Sequence record: MZ501058
Length of the DNA stretch: 64,000 nucleotides
Source: Escherichia phage DaisyDussoix
Reading direction: 5' to 3' (one strand)
Of the stretch, positions 35,689 to 45,469 are shown one piece after another. Below the pieces are notes generated by a model, which was not told the DNA's origin, did not search any database, and worked only from the letters and a program-made list of their open reading frames with translations. Position numbers and translations under genes: made by a program. The stretch's first letter is position 1. Each line of letters opens with the position of its first letter.

Positions 35689-36094
35689 GTGGTATATCCT
35701 GGGAGCAGGTCTAGCGATAGGCATCGGGTTTGGTGCTTATCACTTAGTAGATAAAGTGGAGACTCTAGCAGGTGATCTTGCAGTAGCTACTAAAAAGATC
35801 TCTTCTCTAGAGACTTCGCTTAATAAGGTGAAAGCTGAAAGTGAACTTCGTGAGACTAGAATGAATCAGTATTTCACGATGAATAATATTTCTCAAGCAG
35901 ATCTAGACAAAAAGATTAAGCAGTTAGATAAAGCACTTAGTCGCCAAGATATTATAGCTGCAAAGCCTGGATTGGTAACATTAATTGCTAAAAAGCAGAG
36001 TAAAGAGTTCGAGGAAAGATTAGCGTGTTTAACTGGAAACTTGGAATACTGCTCGCAGCCGCAATCACAATCACAGGCTGTGCAGAAGAAATAA
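35645..36094 (+). CDS. i-spanin-like membrane-anchored coiled-coil protein
   Basis: N-terminal TM helix (WYILGAGLAIGIGFGAY), then coiled-coil periplasmic region; the next gene overlaps its 3' end, as in Rz/Rz1 pairs. Confidence 0.5.
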   Translation: MDLIQKLLSGIWHGKWYILGAGLAIGIGFGAYHLVDKVETLAGDLAVATKKISSLETSLNKVKAESELRETRMNQYFTMNNISQADLDKKIKQLDKALSRQDIIAAKPGLVTLIAKKQSKEFEERLACLTGNLEYCSQPQSQSQAVQKK

Positions 36095-36378
36095 AACCAG
36101 AGCCATCTCATGAGTTAAAGCAAGCTCACGTAGACTGGCCTAAAGGACTTCAACCTTGTAGCTTTGACTTTAAGTTTGAAAAGAAATTAGCTACAAATGG
36201 AGAAGATGGCGTAGTAGTTGTTGTACCATATAAAGATTGGAATATGTTGGCAAAATGCCGTGAGGCAGAATACTCATATATTTCACGACTGACAAGTATG
36301 GTTTGCTTCTATCGTCAAGATTTACAAGAAAAACGTTGTTTAGTATATTATCCACCAATTAACAATAGGAAAGATTAA
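36025..36378 (+). CDS. o-spanin-like outer-membrane lipoprotein
   Basis: Signal peptide with lipobox LLAAAITITGC; 117 aa; start lies inside the preceding gene. Confidence 0.55.
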   Translation: MFNWKLGILLAAAITITGCAEEIKPEPSHELKQAHVDWPKGLQPCSFDFKFEKKLATNGEDGVVVVVPYKDWNMLAKCREAEYSYISRLTSMVCFYRQDLQEKRCLVYYPPINNRKD

Positions 36379-37130
36379 TGTCAGTATTAGTCGGTTTACA
36401 TGGTGAAGCTGGTTCGGGAAAAGATACCGTTGCAAAATTAATTATCGATTGGTGTAATGACACGTATCCAACGTATTTATATCGTCGTTATAGTTTTGCT
36501 AAGCCCGTTTATGAACTTGCATCCGTAATCCTCGGTGTAACTCCAGAGTTTCTAGGAGAGCGCAGGGGAAAAGAGATTGACCAATGGTTTACGGTCACAC
36601 AATCTCAGTTGGAGCGAGCCAGGGATGTATGGTTTAAGTACGGTATCGATAAGTTCGAAGACTTCTCGTACGTTTGGCCTATTTTTGAGGAAAAATATCT
36701 TAATCCTCAACAACTTATATCAGAGAATAAAGAAGACGGTCTTTATAGCTTATTTATTTCTCCGAGAAAAATGTTACAGCTCATAGGAACAGAGCTAGGA
36801 AGGCAGCTGGTGCATGAACGCATTTGGCTCATAATTCTGGAGCAATCCATCGCTAAAGACGACCCAGATGTCGCCGTAATAACAGATGTTAGATTCCCCA
36901 ATGAAGGAGAGCTACTCAGAGAAACAAACCATTTAGATATGGATTCTTTGATAGTAAATGTAGTACCAGCTGAGCAGAAGTTCACTATTAAATCAGATCA
37001 TCCATCTGAAAGTGGTATTCCTGCAAAATATATTACTCACGAATTAGTTAATAAATTCGATGGTATCAATAACCTTAAACTAGAAGTTTATAACTTCTGT
37101 GACTTAGAGCTAGAACCACTAGTTGGATAA
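36378..37130 (+). CDS. dnk: deoxynucleoside monophosphate kinase-like P-loop protein
   Basis: 250 aa; Walker A GEAGSGKDT at N-terminus; size as recalled for T5 dNMP kinase. Confidence 0.7.
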   Translation: MSVLVGLHGEAGSGKDTVAKLIIDWCNDTYPTYLYRRYSFAKPVYELASVILGVTPEFLGERRGKEIDQWFTVTQSQLERARDVWFKYGIDKFEDFSYVWPIFEEKYLNPQQLISENKEDGLYSLFISPRKMLQLIGTELGRQLVHERIWLIILEQSIAKDDPDVAVITDVRFPNEGELLRETNHLDMDSLIVNVVPAEQKFTIKSDHPSESGIPAKYITHELVNKFDGINNLKLEVYNFCDLELEPLVG

Positions 37131-37142
37131 TCAAGGATCGCT

Positions 37143-37742
37143 ATGACTAATAAAAAAGAAGAAAAGACTAACCTGTTTCACTCCATTCGCCAATCTAATG
37201 AGTATACCTTTTTCTTTGATGAAGAATTAGGCCCGCCGGATGAATACCGTGATTTATCAATGGTACTTATGCAAGCAAATGAGGACGACGAAATTAATCT
37301 GATGATTAATGGCCCTGGTGGTTATGTTGATACTGCTGCACAGTTATCTAACTTAATTGCTAATTGCCGTGGAACAGTTATAGGACATCTGGTTGGTCCT
37401 AGTGCTTCTGCTTACTGCACAATTTTTCTATCCTGTCATGGATGGGTAGTATATCCACATGCTACGCTAATAGGCCACACGTTCTCTGGTGGGTTCTGTG
37501 AGAAAGGTCAGGAAATCAAGAAAGCCTATGAATCTTACAACAAGTTTGTAGAAGATATGATGCTAGATGTCTACTATCCATTTTTCTCAATAGATGAAAT
37601 CGACGAGATGGTAAAAGACAACAAAAATATCTATCTAGATAGCAAGGAAATCCATAAGCGTATTGAAATCTTGGCGAAATATCGATCTGAGCAATATAAT
37701 AAAGCCCAGTTACCTCAATCCGAGGAGCACAACGAAGAGTAA
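37143..37742 (+). CDS. ClpP-like serine protease
   Basis: 199 aa; LMINGPGGYVDTAAQL...GPSASAYCTIF...H pattern resembles ClpP/S14 fold. Confidence 0.55.
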   Translation: MTNKKEEKTNLFHSIRQSNEYTFFFDEELGPPDEYRDLSMVLMQANEDDEINLMINGPGGYVDTAAQLSNLIANCRGTVIGHLVGPSASAYCTIFLSCHGWVVYPHATLIGHTFSGGFCEKGQEIKKAYESYNKFVEDMMLDVYYPFFSIDEIDEMVKDNKNIYLDSKEIHKRIEILAKYRSEQYNKAQLPQSEEHNEE

Positions 37743-37749
37743 GTAATTT

Positions 37750-37790
37750 TAAGCCAGGGTTTAACGACCCTGGCTTTTCTTTTATCTAAA
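37750..37790 (+). terminator. rho-independent terminator after ClpP-like gene
   Basis: AAGCCAGGGT-TTAACGA-CCCTGGCTTTTCTTTT. Confidence 0.65.
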
Positions 37791-37797
37791 ATTCTTC

Positions 37798-37875
37798 TTG
37801 ACAACGACAAAATTTTGTGCTCCAAAGAAAATCTTTAAAAACACATTGTAATTTTCCTCCAAAATTAGTATAATG
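37798..37875 (+). promoter_or_regulatory. promoter region upstream of holin (tandem -35/-10 candidates)
   Basis: TTGACA at 37798 and TAGTATAAT at about 37868 preceding GAGGAGG RBS. Confidence 0.45.
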
Positions 37876-37898
37876 GTACTGGTTAGAGGAGGTTACAA

Positions 37899-38555
37899 TT
37901 GGAAAAGTTCTTACAATTATTAACGGTACTGCTCCAAGAAGCGAAAGATCCAGCATCGCTTCTTAAACGTCTGCTAACTATCTTAGTTGCTGTCATTATT
38001 TTCTTATTTGTTAGTAATACTAGCGAGGTGATGTCATTCTTAAAGACTTTCTCCACGTCTGCGGTTCTACAGGATGTTCAAACTCAAAGGATAGATAACT
38101 TTCCTAATGTAGCTAGAGAAAAGAGCATGGTACTCTTTTCTCAAACGGGTGCGGATGCTGTTTTTGTAGTCAAGTATAAACCCGATGCCATTAATGATTA
38201 TTCTAACATTATTGCATGGGAAAGCAATGCGCAATTAGATAGGGCTGACTTGGCCGATAAAGCAGTAAATAAAACGTCTGAGCTATACAGACGTCACTTA
38301 GAGGGCTTTAACTACGCATCGGATTTAAGTGTAAGAGTAAATAAATATACGGGGTTAAATATACCTGCGTTTAAGAACGTTACTTTTAATTACATATACA
38401 CTTGTCCATATTTCAATCTAAACAATATCTATGCTGGATATATTGGTATTGCTTGGAAAGATAATCCTGTAGATGCAGCCGATTCTGAGAAATTTAAGGA
38501 ATATTTAACAAAGCTCTGTTCCCCACAACAGAGATCTTTAGGTAGATCAATATGA
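37899..38555 (+). CDS. holin-like membrane protein
   Basis: 218 aa with N-terminal TM segment, directly upstream of endolysin; apparent TTG start after GAGGAGG RBS. Confidence 0.65.
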   Translation: MEKFLQLLTVLLQEAKDPASLLKRLLTILVAVIIFLFVSNTSEVMSFLKTFSTSAVLQDVQTQRIDNFPNVAREKSMVLFSQTGADAVFVVKYKPDAINDYSNIIAWESNAQLDRADLADKAVNKTSELYRRHLEGFNYASDLSVRVNKYTGLNIPAFKNVTFNYIYTCPYFNLNNIYAGYIGIAWKDNPVDAADSEKFKEYLTKLCSPQQRSLGRSI

Positions 38556-38965
38556 GTTTTAAATTTGGTAAAAATAGCGAAAAACAATTAGCTACCGTTA
38601 AGCCAGAGCTACAAAAAGTAGCTCGTAGGGCTTTAGAATTATCTCCATATGATTTCACGATCGTACAGGGTATTCGTACAGTAGCACAAAGTGCCCAGAA
38701 TATTGCTAATGGTACTTCATTTTTAAAAGATCCTAGTAAAAGCAAGCATATTACTGGGGATGCTCTTGATTTTGCTCCATACATTAATGGCAAGATTGAT
38801 TGGAATGACTTAGAAGCATTTTGGGCAGTTAAAAAGGCTTTTGAACAAGCGGGTAAAGAACTAGGCATTAAACTTCGTTTTGGTGCTGATTGGAATGCTT
38901 CGGGAGACTATCACGATGAAATAAAACGTGGTACCTATGATGGCGGTCATGTCGAACTAGTTTAA
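38552..38965 (+). CDS. lys: endolysin, L-alanyl-D-glutamate peptidase (M15-like)
   Basis: 137 aa; H..GDALD...DGGH Zn-binding pattern; size matches T5 endolysin. Confidence 0.85.
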   Translation: MSFKFGKNSEKQLATVKPELQKVARRALELSPYDFTIVQGIRTVAQSAQNIANGTSFLKDPSKSKHITGDALDFAPYINGKIDWNDLEAFWAVKKAFEQAGKELGIKLRFGADWNASGDYHDEIKRGTYDGGHVELV

Positions 38966-38974
38966 TTAATAACT

Positions 38975-39000
38975 GAGGCGGGAATATTCCCGCCTTTTTA
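38975..39000 (+). terminator. rho-independent terminator after endolysin
   Basis: AGGCGGGAATATTCCCGCCTTTTTA. Confidence 0.7.
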
Positions 39001-39042
39001 GGCAAAGGGGGCTTTAATAATTTTTGAAGATAGGAGAAAGCC

Positions 39043-39459
39043 ATGTTTGCAGAACTATTCACTATGATGCTGCTAGGTATCTGGAAAATAAGTCTAGTAG
39101 TATTCGTTTTAATGATAGTCTTTACTATCATTGCATTAACTACCCGAAATAGCTTATTAATAAAGGTTATTCACGGACTAGAGTATATAATTATGGGTTC
39201 ATTCGGCGTTTGTAAATGCAATTGCCCTAGAGATACGAAATATTGTTGGTTATGGATGGAACTAGAGAATCCTATATCCATAGCTTTGGCTGTTTCATTC
39301 GGTATGATTCTTATGGCCCTTACTCTAGCATTAATACCTTTGATGTTAGCTGGGGGAGTTACAGCGTATTTCACCCTTTTCTCCCCGATACTTATGTACT
39401 CAATTTACCCAATAACTATGTATCTAGTTAGGAAAAAATTTATACATGCAGTAGATTAA
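39043..39459 (+). CDS. polytopic membrane protein
   Basis: 138 aa with 3-4 hydrophobic segments. Confidence 0.5.
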   Translation: MFAELFTMMLLGIWKISLVVFVLMIVFTIIALTTRNSLLIKVIHGLEYIIMGSFGVCKCNCPRDTKYCWLWMELENPISIALAVSFGMILMALTLALIPLMLAGGVTAYFTLFSPILMYSIYPITMYLVRKKFIHAVD

Positions 39460-39472
39460 GATAAAAAAGTAG

Positions 39473-39501
39473 TTGACTTTTAGCCCTAGTTATTATATAA
39501 T
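39473..39501 (+). promoter_or_regulatory. T5-type early promoter
   Basis: AGTTGACTTT ... ATTATATAATATATACATAAATTAGTTAAGAGAGG. Confidence 0.65.
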
Positions 39502-39534
39502 ATATACATAAATTAGTTAAGAGAGGTATATATT

Positions 39535-39963
39535 ATGTCTGATCGTTTCTATACTCAAATGGCGGAACATTTTCGTATACCACATTACGAGCTAAACATT
39601 GCACTCCGTGATCATGACTCTCCTGAGTACAAAAAGCTCGAAAAGAAAGCGGAAAAATCTATTGATACAAAGGTAGGTGCATCTATGTCTAAGGGCAAAA
39701 AGTTAACTCGTCTTGATCTTAATAAAATTTTAACTGAACTTTTGGGTACTGATATTGAAGGTGCTAAATTACCGCTTCTTGTACTAGAGACTATGATTAA
39801 AAAGGTCAAAAATAAAGAGTATAAGAAGGTAGAAGTCCCAGAAGGCAGATTAAAGGCTCCCTATCAGGAAGCATTAACCGAGTGTTTGGGTGTAAATCTT
39901 GATCTGAGCACCGCAACCGTTAAGTGCATGAAAAACTTCTTAGAAGCTATTAATAAACTATGA
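39535..39963 (+). CDS. hypothetical basic protein
   Basis: 142 aa ORF with GAGAGG RBS. Confidence 0.5.
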   Translation: MSDRFYTQMAEHFRIPHYELNIALRDHDSPEYKKLEKKAEKSIDTKVGASMSKGKKLTRLDLNKILTELLGTDIEGAKLPLLVLETMIKKVKNKEYKKVEVPEGRLKAPYQEALTECLGVNLDLSTATVKCMKNFLEAINKL

Positions 39964-40487
39964 TTACACAGGATACTCTTAAACAGATGTTCAATTACGA
40001 CCCTGAAACGGGAATCTTTACATGGAAAGTAAGTAGAGGACCGAAAAAGAAGGGTGATATAGCAGGAACACTCACTAAAGATGGGTACATTAGGATAACC
40101 ATTAATAAACGCCCTTATTATGCGCAGCAATTAGCATGCCTATACATGACTGGAGAATGGCCAGAGCATGAGATGGACCATGAAAATCGCATAACCTATG
40201 ATAATAGGTGGTGTAATATTCGTAATGCTACTAAACAGGAAAATCTAAGAAATAGGAAAGCATGGAGTAAATCCGGCTATTTAGGAGTTTCATGGAATCG
40301 AGGTAAGTGGCAAGTCTACGTCGTGAACTCAAATGGAGAAAGTATATCCGGCGGGCGTTTTGAACATAAAGATTTAGAATTGGCAGTTAAATCAGCCAAT
40401 ACTTTAAGAGCAAAATTGCACGGGGAACGTGCTATTTTTGAAGAATTTACAGGATATATACCTAATATTGGAGAGTTAAATAAATGA
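39960..40487 (+). CDS. HNH homing endonuclease (AP2-domain type), family A
   Basis: 175 aa; HENRITYDNRWCNIRNATKQENLRNR and SGYLGVSWNRGKWQV motifs. Confidence 0.85.
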   Translation: MITQDTLKQMFNYDPETGIFTWKVSRGPKKKGDIAGTLTKDGYIRITINKRPYYAQQLACLYMTGEWPEHEMDHENRITYDNRWCNIRNATKQENLRNRKAWSKSGYLGVSWNRGKWQVYVVNSNGESISGGRFEHKDLELAVKSANTLRAKLHGERAIFEEFTGYIPNIGELNK

Positions 40488-40774
40488 GTAAATTAGTTTT
40501 TTTATTGAAAGGTTCTACTTGCAATCCTTGCAAAATGTTTGAGCCAGTATTTGATAAAGTAGTCAATGAATATAATTTGGAAGTCCATAAAGAGACTGAT
40601 AATACAGAATTAATGCAGAAATTTGGTGTGCGCCAAGTACCTGTAGTAGTTCTGGCGGATCGCTTACCTAATGGTCGAGTAGAAGCTAATCATATTTTGA
40701 TTGGACGTCAGCTTCGTAAAGAAACTATGCACGAAGCTATTAAAAATTTCCTGGACGATAATCCAGAGGATTAA
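40484..40774 (+). CDS. thioredoxin/glutaredoxin-like protein
   Basis: 96 aa; CNPC redox motif near N-terminus. Confidence 0.6.
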   Translation: MSKLVFLLKGSTCNPCKMFEPVFDKVVNEYNLEVHKETDNTELMQKFGVRQVPVVVLADRLPNGRVEANHILIGRQLRKETMHEAIKNFLDDNPED

Positions 40775-40778
40775 TAAA

Positions 40779-40812
40779 CCAAGCCTGATCTTAGCGGATC
40801 AGGCTTTTATTT
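40779..40812 (+). terminator. rho-independent terminator
   Basis: AAGCCTGATC-TTAGC-GGATCAGGCTTTTATTTT. Confidence 0.7.
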
Positions 40813-40815
40813 TAC

Positions 40816-40844
40816 TTGCTTTTTGCTAAAAATTTTGGTATAAT
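40816..40844 (+). promoter_or_regulatory. T5-type early promoter
   Basis: TTACTTGCTT ... TTGGTATAATATTTATATAGATTGATAGGAGG. Confidence 0.65.
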
Positions 40845-40871
40845 ATTTATATAGATTGATAGGAGGATTAA

Positions 40872-41117
40872 ATGTTAGCAGAGCAAGCAAAACATTTAGC
40901 TAGAGTTAATAGAGCCGCATCCCTTAAGAGCCGAAAGAAAACGTATAGATGGGTTAAGCGGAGGATAGTATCTTCTGTCGAGATTGGAGGTTCTTTTGTA
41001 CAGCTTAATCGTGACGAAATTAGTTATGAAGCTATAAAAGCTCTCAATAAAGAGGGTTATACTCTCCAACTATCTAATGATTATGGCACAACTATTTTAA
41101 CTGTTATTTGGGAATAA
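40872..41117 (+). CDS. hypothetical small protein
   Basis: 81 aa ORF with AGGAGG RBS. Confidence 0.45.
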   Translation: MLAEQAKHLARVNRAASLKSRKKTYRWVKRRIVSSVEIGGSFVQLNRDEISYEAIKALNKEGYTLQLSNDYGTTILTVIWE

Positions 41118-41119
41118 TT

Positions 41120-41983
41120 ATGAAAAAAGAATTTAATGTACATAAAACTCTAGTAGTGCCGGATGATGCCAACTTGTTTTTCGTTGGTGATATTCATGGA
41201 TGCAATGATTTGCTAGAAGATGCGTTGATGTTAGCTGGGTATAATAGCAAAAAAGATTGCCTAGTATGTGTTGGTGACTTAATTGACCGGGGCACACAAA
41301 ACTTACAAGTTTTAGCCAAATTCCTGTATAACCCACGTTTTATCAGTGTCCGTGGCAATCATGATCAATTTATGATTGTGGGAGATTGGGCTAATTGGAT
41401 GTATAATGGTGGTATGTGGGCCATGAATGAACTAGATGCAGACACCATTAAAAATATTGCCGAAGATATGGCTGAAAAAATGCCAGTATTCCTAACTGTT
41501 AGACATCGTGGTAAGAAGTTTGGTGTTGTTCATGGTGGTGTACCTTTTACATACAAAGAATGTGGTAATGAAGTAGAAACCCCAGTATGGGATAATCTTA
41601 TTGCACAAGTAGAAGCAGCTAAGGAAGACCCACATGATCATCCTGGATACCATGTTGAGCCATATTTATGGGATCGAGATGTAATCCAAGAAATAGGCTT
41701 CTACTTGTCCAAAAATGGCGAGGAACACCCGTATTTCCAGCGTTATGCAGGATTTAAGGAAAAATACATGGTAGAAGTGCCAGAAGTTAAAGGGGTAGAT
41801 TTCGTGTTTCACGGACATACTGGGGTTCCTTACCCAATACTCCATAAAAACCGTGTTTATCTTGATACTGGCGGTGTTTTCAACGGGCAGTTGACGGTTG
41901 CGCAAGTTAACGATGAAACAGGTAAAATCACCACATTTACCACAGACAAAAATAATAGCTGCGGTGTACAGAGGACTCTATAA
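41120..41983 (+). CDS. Ser/Thr protein phosphatase (PPP/lambda-phosphatase family)
   Basis: GDIHGC, GDLIDRG, RGNHD motifs; start set at MKKEFNV. Confidence 0.85.
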   Translation: MKKEFNVHKTLVVPDDANLFFVGDIHGCNDLLEDALMLAGYNSKKDCLVCVGDLIDRGTQNLQVLAKFLYNPRFISVRGNHDQFMIVGDWANWMYNGGMWAMNELDADTIKNIAEDMAEKMPVFLTVRHRGKKFGVVHGGVPFTYKECGNEVETPVWDNLIAQVEAAKEDPHDHPGYHVEPYLWDRDVIQEIGFYLSKNGEEHPYFQRYAGFKEKYMVEVPEVKGVDFVFHGHTGVPYPILHKNRVYLDTGGVFNGQLTVAQVNDETGKITTFTTDKNNSCGVQRTL

Positions 41984-42351
41984 TGGAACGTGAAGAACGT
42001 TATGTAGTTATAAAGCTGTCTGATATTGAGAAAGCCCTAGAATTAGGGCATATCACTCAAAGCAACTTTACCACTTTGGAACATATCCTATCTAAACTAC
42101 GGTATAGTCGAGCACAACGTGGTAAGGAGGATCTCAAAACCGTCGTAGTAGAGCATGATTGGCCAGAGTACGAAGAAGTCTGGAAGATGCTAGAGAATCG
42201 TGTTGAATTTGAACAAGCACGACAGGAAGAGATTGACAAAGGCTACCAAGAAGCGAAAGAGCACTATGAGGTTTATGATGAAATATTCAAACTTCGTGGT
42301 ATTAGTAGTTATTGTCAGGGTTGGAATAAATATGCGGAGGAAGTTCTGTAA
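41983..42351 (+). CDS. hypothetical protein
   Basis: 122 aa ORF. Confidence 0.5.
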   Translation: MEREERYVVIKLSDIEKALELGHITQSNFTTLEHILSKLRYSRAQRGKEDLKTVVVEHDWPEYEEVWKMLENRVEFEQARQEEIDKGYQEAKEHYEVYDEIFKLRGISSYCQGWNKYAEEVL

Positions 42352-42458
42352 TGAGAAGGACACGCCAAGAAATTGATGCCGAAGTTCTTCATGGCATTGC
42401 AGTTTGTGTTAGGCTAGCTTTGTTGATGGCCTTACCGTTTATTTTATAAGGATTAAAC

Positions 42459-43049
42459 ATGAAAGTTAAATTCTGGTCAGACTTGCACCTAGACCACCCT
42501 GGAGCGTTACGTTTCCGTCCGTGGTTTAAGAACATGAAAGAGCACGATGAGTATATTCTAGATACTTTGTCCAAGCATATTGGTAAACGAACAAAACTTA
42601 TTTTGCTAGGAGATATTGCAGTAGGTCGTGAAGGTCTAGCTAAATTAAAGTCGGTTATCCACAATGTTCCTAATCAACTGATTATGGGTAATCATGATGC
42701 AGAACGTCAGGGACTGAGTATTAGGGACTTGGCGGAAGTTTATGACGATATTCAGGCTCTAGGTAAACAGACTGGAGGCGGCAAAAAGTTTTGGCTATCT
42801 CACTGTCCTTTGCACCCTAATGAACTTCGTGGCAAACTAAATATTCATGGACACGTACATACTACTTCTCTACGTGATCCACGTTATATCAATGTTTCAT
42901 TTGAAATGAGTAAAACTCCAATTTCATTAGAGGATATTGTGTCTGGTAAGTTTACTAGTTACGATAGAGTAGTTAACTGTACTACCGGCGAGGTATTACA
43001 AATAGGGGAAGACGTAGCTGCTGTATTGCGTGGTGATATAAATGTATAA
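42459..43049 (+). CDS. calcineurin-like metallophosphoesterase
   Basis: 196 aa; SDLHLDH, LGDIAVG, GNHD, GHVHT motifs. Confidence 0.75.
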   Translation: MKVKFWSDLHLDHPGALRFRPWFKNMKEHDEYILDTLSKHIGKRTKLILLGDIAVGREGLAKLKSVIHNVPNQLIMGNHDAERQGLSIRDLAEVYDDIQALGKQTGGGKKFWLSHCPLHPNELRGKLNIHGHVHTTSLRDPRYINVSFEMSKTPISLEDIVSGKFTSYDRVVNCTTGEVLQIGEDVAAVLRGDINV

Positions 43050-43157
43050 GTATATAGCTGAGGCTATTATTAAACGAATCATACAAGCGATAGCAATACT
43101 TATAATCATTTGTATTGCTATTGGCACAGGACTAGGCATTTTAATTAAAAGTTTTAT

Positions 43158-43186
43158 TTGCTAAAATGCTTAAGTTTCTGTATAAT
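43158..43186 (+). promoter_or_regulatory. T5-type early promoter
   Basis: TTTATTTGCT ... TCTGTATAATTACTTTATAAATTGATGAGAAGG. Confidence 0.7.
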
Positions 43187-43216
43187 TACTTTATAAATTG
43201 ATGAGAAGGAATCAAA

Positions 43217-43648
43217 ATGAACAAAGTTGATAAAGCTCTAGTTTTCGCAGCAGCAGATAAGTTTGAACAAGTTAAGGCAACTTTCCGAACCTTGTTCCAG
43301 TCTTACGTTCAGGATAAGTCTAATCCTATCTCTGAACGTTTGATGGTCTGGGAATGTCATGCTTGCAATGCCCTATTAATTGCGGATTATCGTAGCGATA
43401 TAGATAAAGATCTGTGCGAAATTCTTATCGCTGAGGAGGCAGAACGTTATCAGTTAATCTCTTTCCAAGATTTGGCGGAGCATATCATTCCTGATGATCT
43501 TTGGGATAAATACTACGGTGATCCTGAAGATGAGGGAATGACTCCAGAAGCCTGTATTGAGCTGATCTGCAAAGATCATCCTGAAATTGCAGAGAAATTT
43601 GAAAAAGTTTTTGCTTCTGAGTTCTCCGGCGTTGTTAACGATTGGTAA
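43217..43648 (+). CDS. hypothetical protein
   Basis: 143 aa ORF. Confidence 0.5.
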   Translation: MNKVDKALVFAAADKFEQVKATFRTLFQSYVQDKSNPISERLMVWECHACNALLIADYRSDIDKDLCEILIAEEAERYQLISFQDLAEHIIPDDLWDKYYGDPEDEGMTPEACIELICKDHPEIAEKFEKVFASEFSGVVNDW

Positions 43649-43664
43649 GTAATTAAAAATTCAG

Positions 43665-43693
43665 TTGCTTTAAGCCTTAAAATTCTGTATAAT
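43665..43693 (+). promoter_or_regulatory. T5-type early promoter
   Basis: TTCAGTTGCTT ... TCTGTATAATAAGTTCATAAATTAATGAGAGAGG. Confidence 0.7.
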
Positions 43694-43725
43694 AAGTTCA
43701 TAAATTAATGAGAGAGGAAATTCTA

Positions 43726-44001
43726 ATGGAAAACATGACTAAAGACTTCGATGCCTCTAACCTTACCAAGACTGAAATGGCCAATGTATTAGCAATTCTC
43801 CTCGACATGCAAGGATTTGAGGGGCAACTGATGAAAATGTCCATCCCAGCAATGAAAAAGATGTACGATTCTCTTAATAAGAACGCTATGGCCTTTAACT
43901 TAGCGAAACAAGAGGCACGATTTGCTAAGGAGCATCAAGCAGTGGCAGAACGCCGAGCAGCTAGCTTTGAGCGCGAAGTCAAGCAATTAAAGAAAAAATG
44001 A
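43726..44001 (+). CDS. hypothetical protein
   Basis: Internal Met (MENMTKDF) after GAGAGG RBS in ORF 43708..44001. Confidence 0.45.
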   Translation: MENMTKDFDASNLTKTEMANVLAILLDMQGFEGQLMKMSIPAMKKMYDSLNKNAMAFNLAKQEARFAKEHQAVAERRAASFEREVKQLKKK

Positions 44002-44534
44002 TAACACAAGAAAGATTAAAAGAATTATTTGAATACCGCCCGGAAACGGGCGAGTTTATAAGGAAAGTCAGTAGGGGGCGAGGTAAAGCAGGTAGTATTG
44101 CGGGCAGTCCTGATAAGGATGGTTATATATTTATTGGAATAAATAGAAAAAGATATGCAGCCCATAGATTAGCCTTTTTGTACATGGAGGGGTATATTCC
44201 GAATCTAGTACACCACTTAAACAATATAAGAAAAGATAATAGATGGTGTAATTTAAAAGATTGTACGTCCCAAGAGAATAATCGTAGCAAAATCGCTCAA
44301 TCTAATTCAGGGTACTTAGGAGTTACCTGGAAAAAAGATCGACAACAATGGAGAGTCCAGGTCAGAAGCGCCGAAAGTATTACAGTACACGGAGGCTACT
44401 TTAGGTATTTAGATTTAGAGTTAGCAGTTCAAAGAGCTAATGAACTACGTTTAGAACTACATGGGTCTAACGCTGTTATAGAAACTTTTGATCATACAAA
44501 ACCCTTACCTACTTTAGAGGAATTAAATAAATGA
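43998..44534 (+). CDS. HNH homing endonuclease (AP2-domain type), family A
   Basis: 178 aa; HHLNNIRKDNRWCNL and SGYLGVTWKKDRQQWRVQV motifs. Confidence 0.85.
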   Translation: MITQERLKELFEYRPETGEFIRKVSRGRGKAGSIAGSPDKDGYIFIGINRKRYAAHRLAFLYMEGYIPNLVHHLNNIRKDNRWCNLKDCTSQENNRSKIAQSNSGYLGVTWKKDRQQWRVQVRSAESITVHGGYFRYLDLELAVQRANELRLELHGSNAVIETFDHTKPLPTLEELNK

Positions 44535-44812
44535 TTACAGAAATTCTTATTGGATTACTAATTCTTACTACGCTAGCAGCGATTGGTGGGGTTATTGGTA
44601 TTGTAAGCATGCGAAAAAATATAGAGAGTATGCTTACTACTAATAGTGGACTTCACTGCCGCTTAATAGAACAAGAACAAGATATTGAACTAGCACAGAG
44701 ACGCTCAGATATTCTAAAAGAAAAACTAAACAATATTGAAGCAATTGCTGGGAATACAAAACTACCTAATAAAGTAATGCGTGCTCAGATAATTACGGAG
44801 ATTAAAAAATGA
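44531..44812 (+). CDS. membrane-anchored small protein
   Basis: 93 aa, N-terminal TM helix. Confidence 0.45.
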   Translation: MITEILIGLLILTTLAAIGGVIGIVSMRKNIESMLTTNSGLHCRLIEQEQDIELAQRRSDILKEKLNNIEAIAGNTKLPNKVMRAQIITEIKK

Positions 44813-45054
44813 TGATGTTTATTCTAGCGTTTTATCTAATTGTGGTTGGTGTACTGGTTACTAAGTACCACACATGGACACCAAAGAATGTAGCTAAGGT
44901 AGCTTTATTTGTTATTCCAGTTCCACTTATTATCTTTTCTATGTTACTGGTGATGTTAATCGGTAAAATAACAAAAACCGATATTAAACGTATTGCTGAT
45001 GAATTGCAACAGTCTTGTGATATGGTAGAGGATATTCTTAAAGATGAAGCTTAA
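44809..45054 (+). CDS. small membrane protein
   Basis: 81 aa, two hydrophobic helices. Confidence 0.45.
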   Translation: MMMFILAFYLIVVGVLVTKYHTWTPKNVAKVALFVIPVPLIIFSMLLVMLIGKITKTDIKRIADELQQSCDMVEDILKDEA

Positions 45055-45370
45055 TTTTAATGAATTAAATACCTTACATGAGATATTACAGTTTGTGAAT
45101 AATAATATTAGTATTCCAGATGATACACTAGAAGTTCTCATGTTAATCGAGAAAAAGGTAGGAATTGAGATTGAGGACTCTTGGAAACCACTTTCTGTAT
45201 TAACACCACTTAATATGAAAGTGATAGTTAAAAATATTGATACTGGTGAAGAGTGTGAAATGATTCGTAAAGAACTAGCTGATAGCTATTCACCAAAGTC
45301 TGTAGTAATGTACCATGATGATACTGCTAAGACTCTACAGACAGCTAATTACGTATGGCGTCTCCCATGA
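45044..45370 (+). CDS. hypothetical protein
   Basis: 108 aa ORF. Confidence 0.5.
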   Translation: MKLNFNELNTLHEILQFVNNNISIPDDTLEVLMLIEKKVGIEIEDSWKPLSVLTPLNMKVIVKNIDTGEECEMIRKELADSYSPKSVVMYHDDTAKTLQTANYVWRLP

Positions 45371-45469
45371 TTGATTTAGTACCAATTACTGCGGGGCTAA
45401 TAGCACTATTAGTGCTTGCAGTTTTTATTATTGTGGAGCAGGCCAAAGTAATAAGGAGACTTAAAAACA

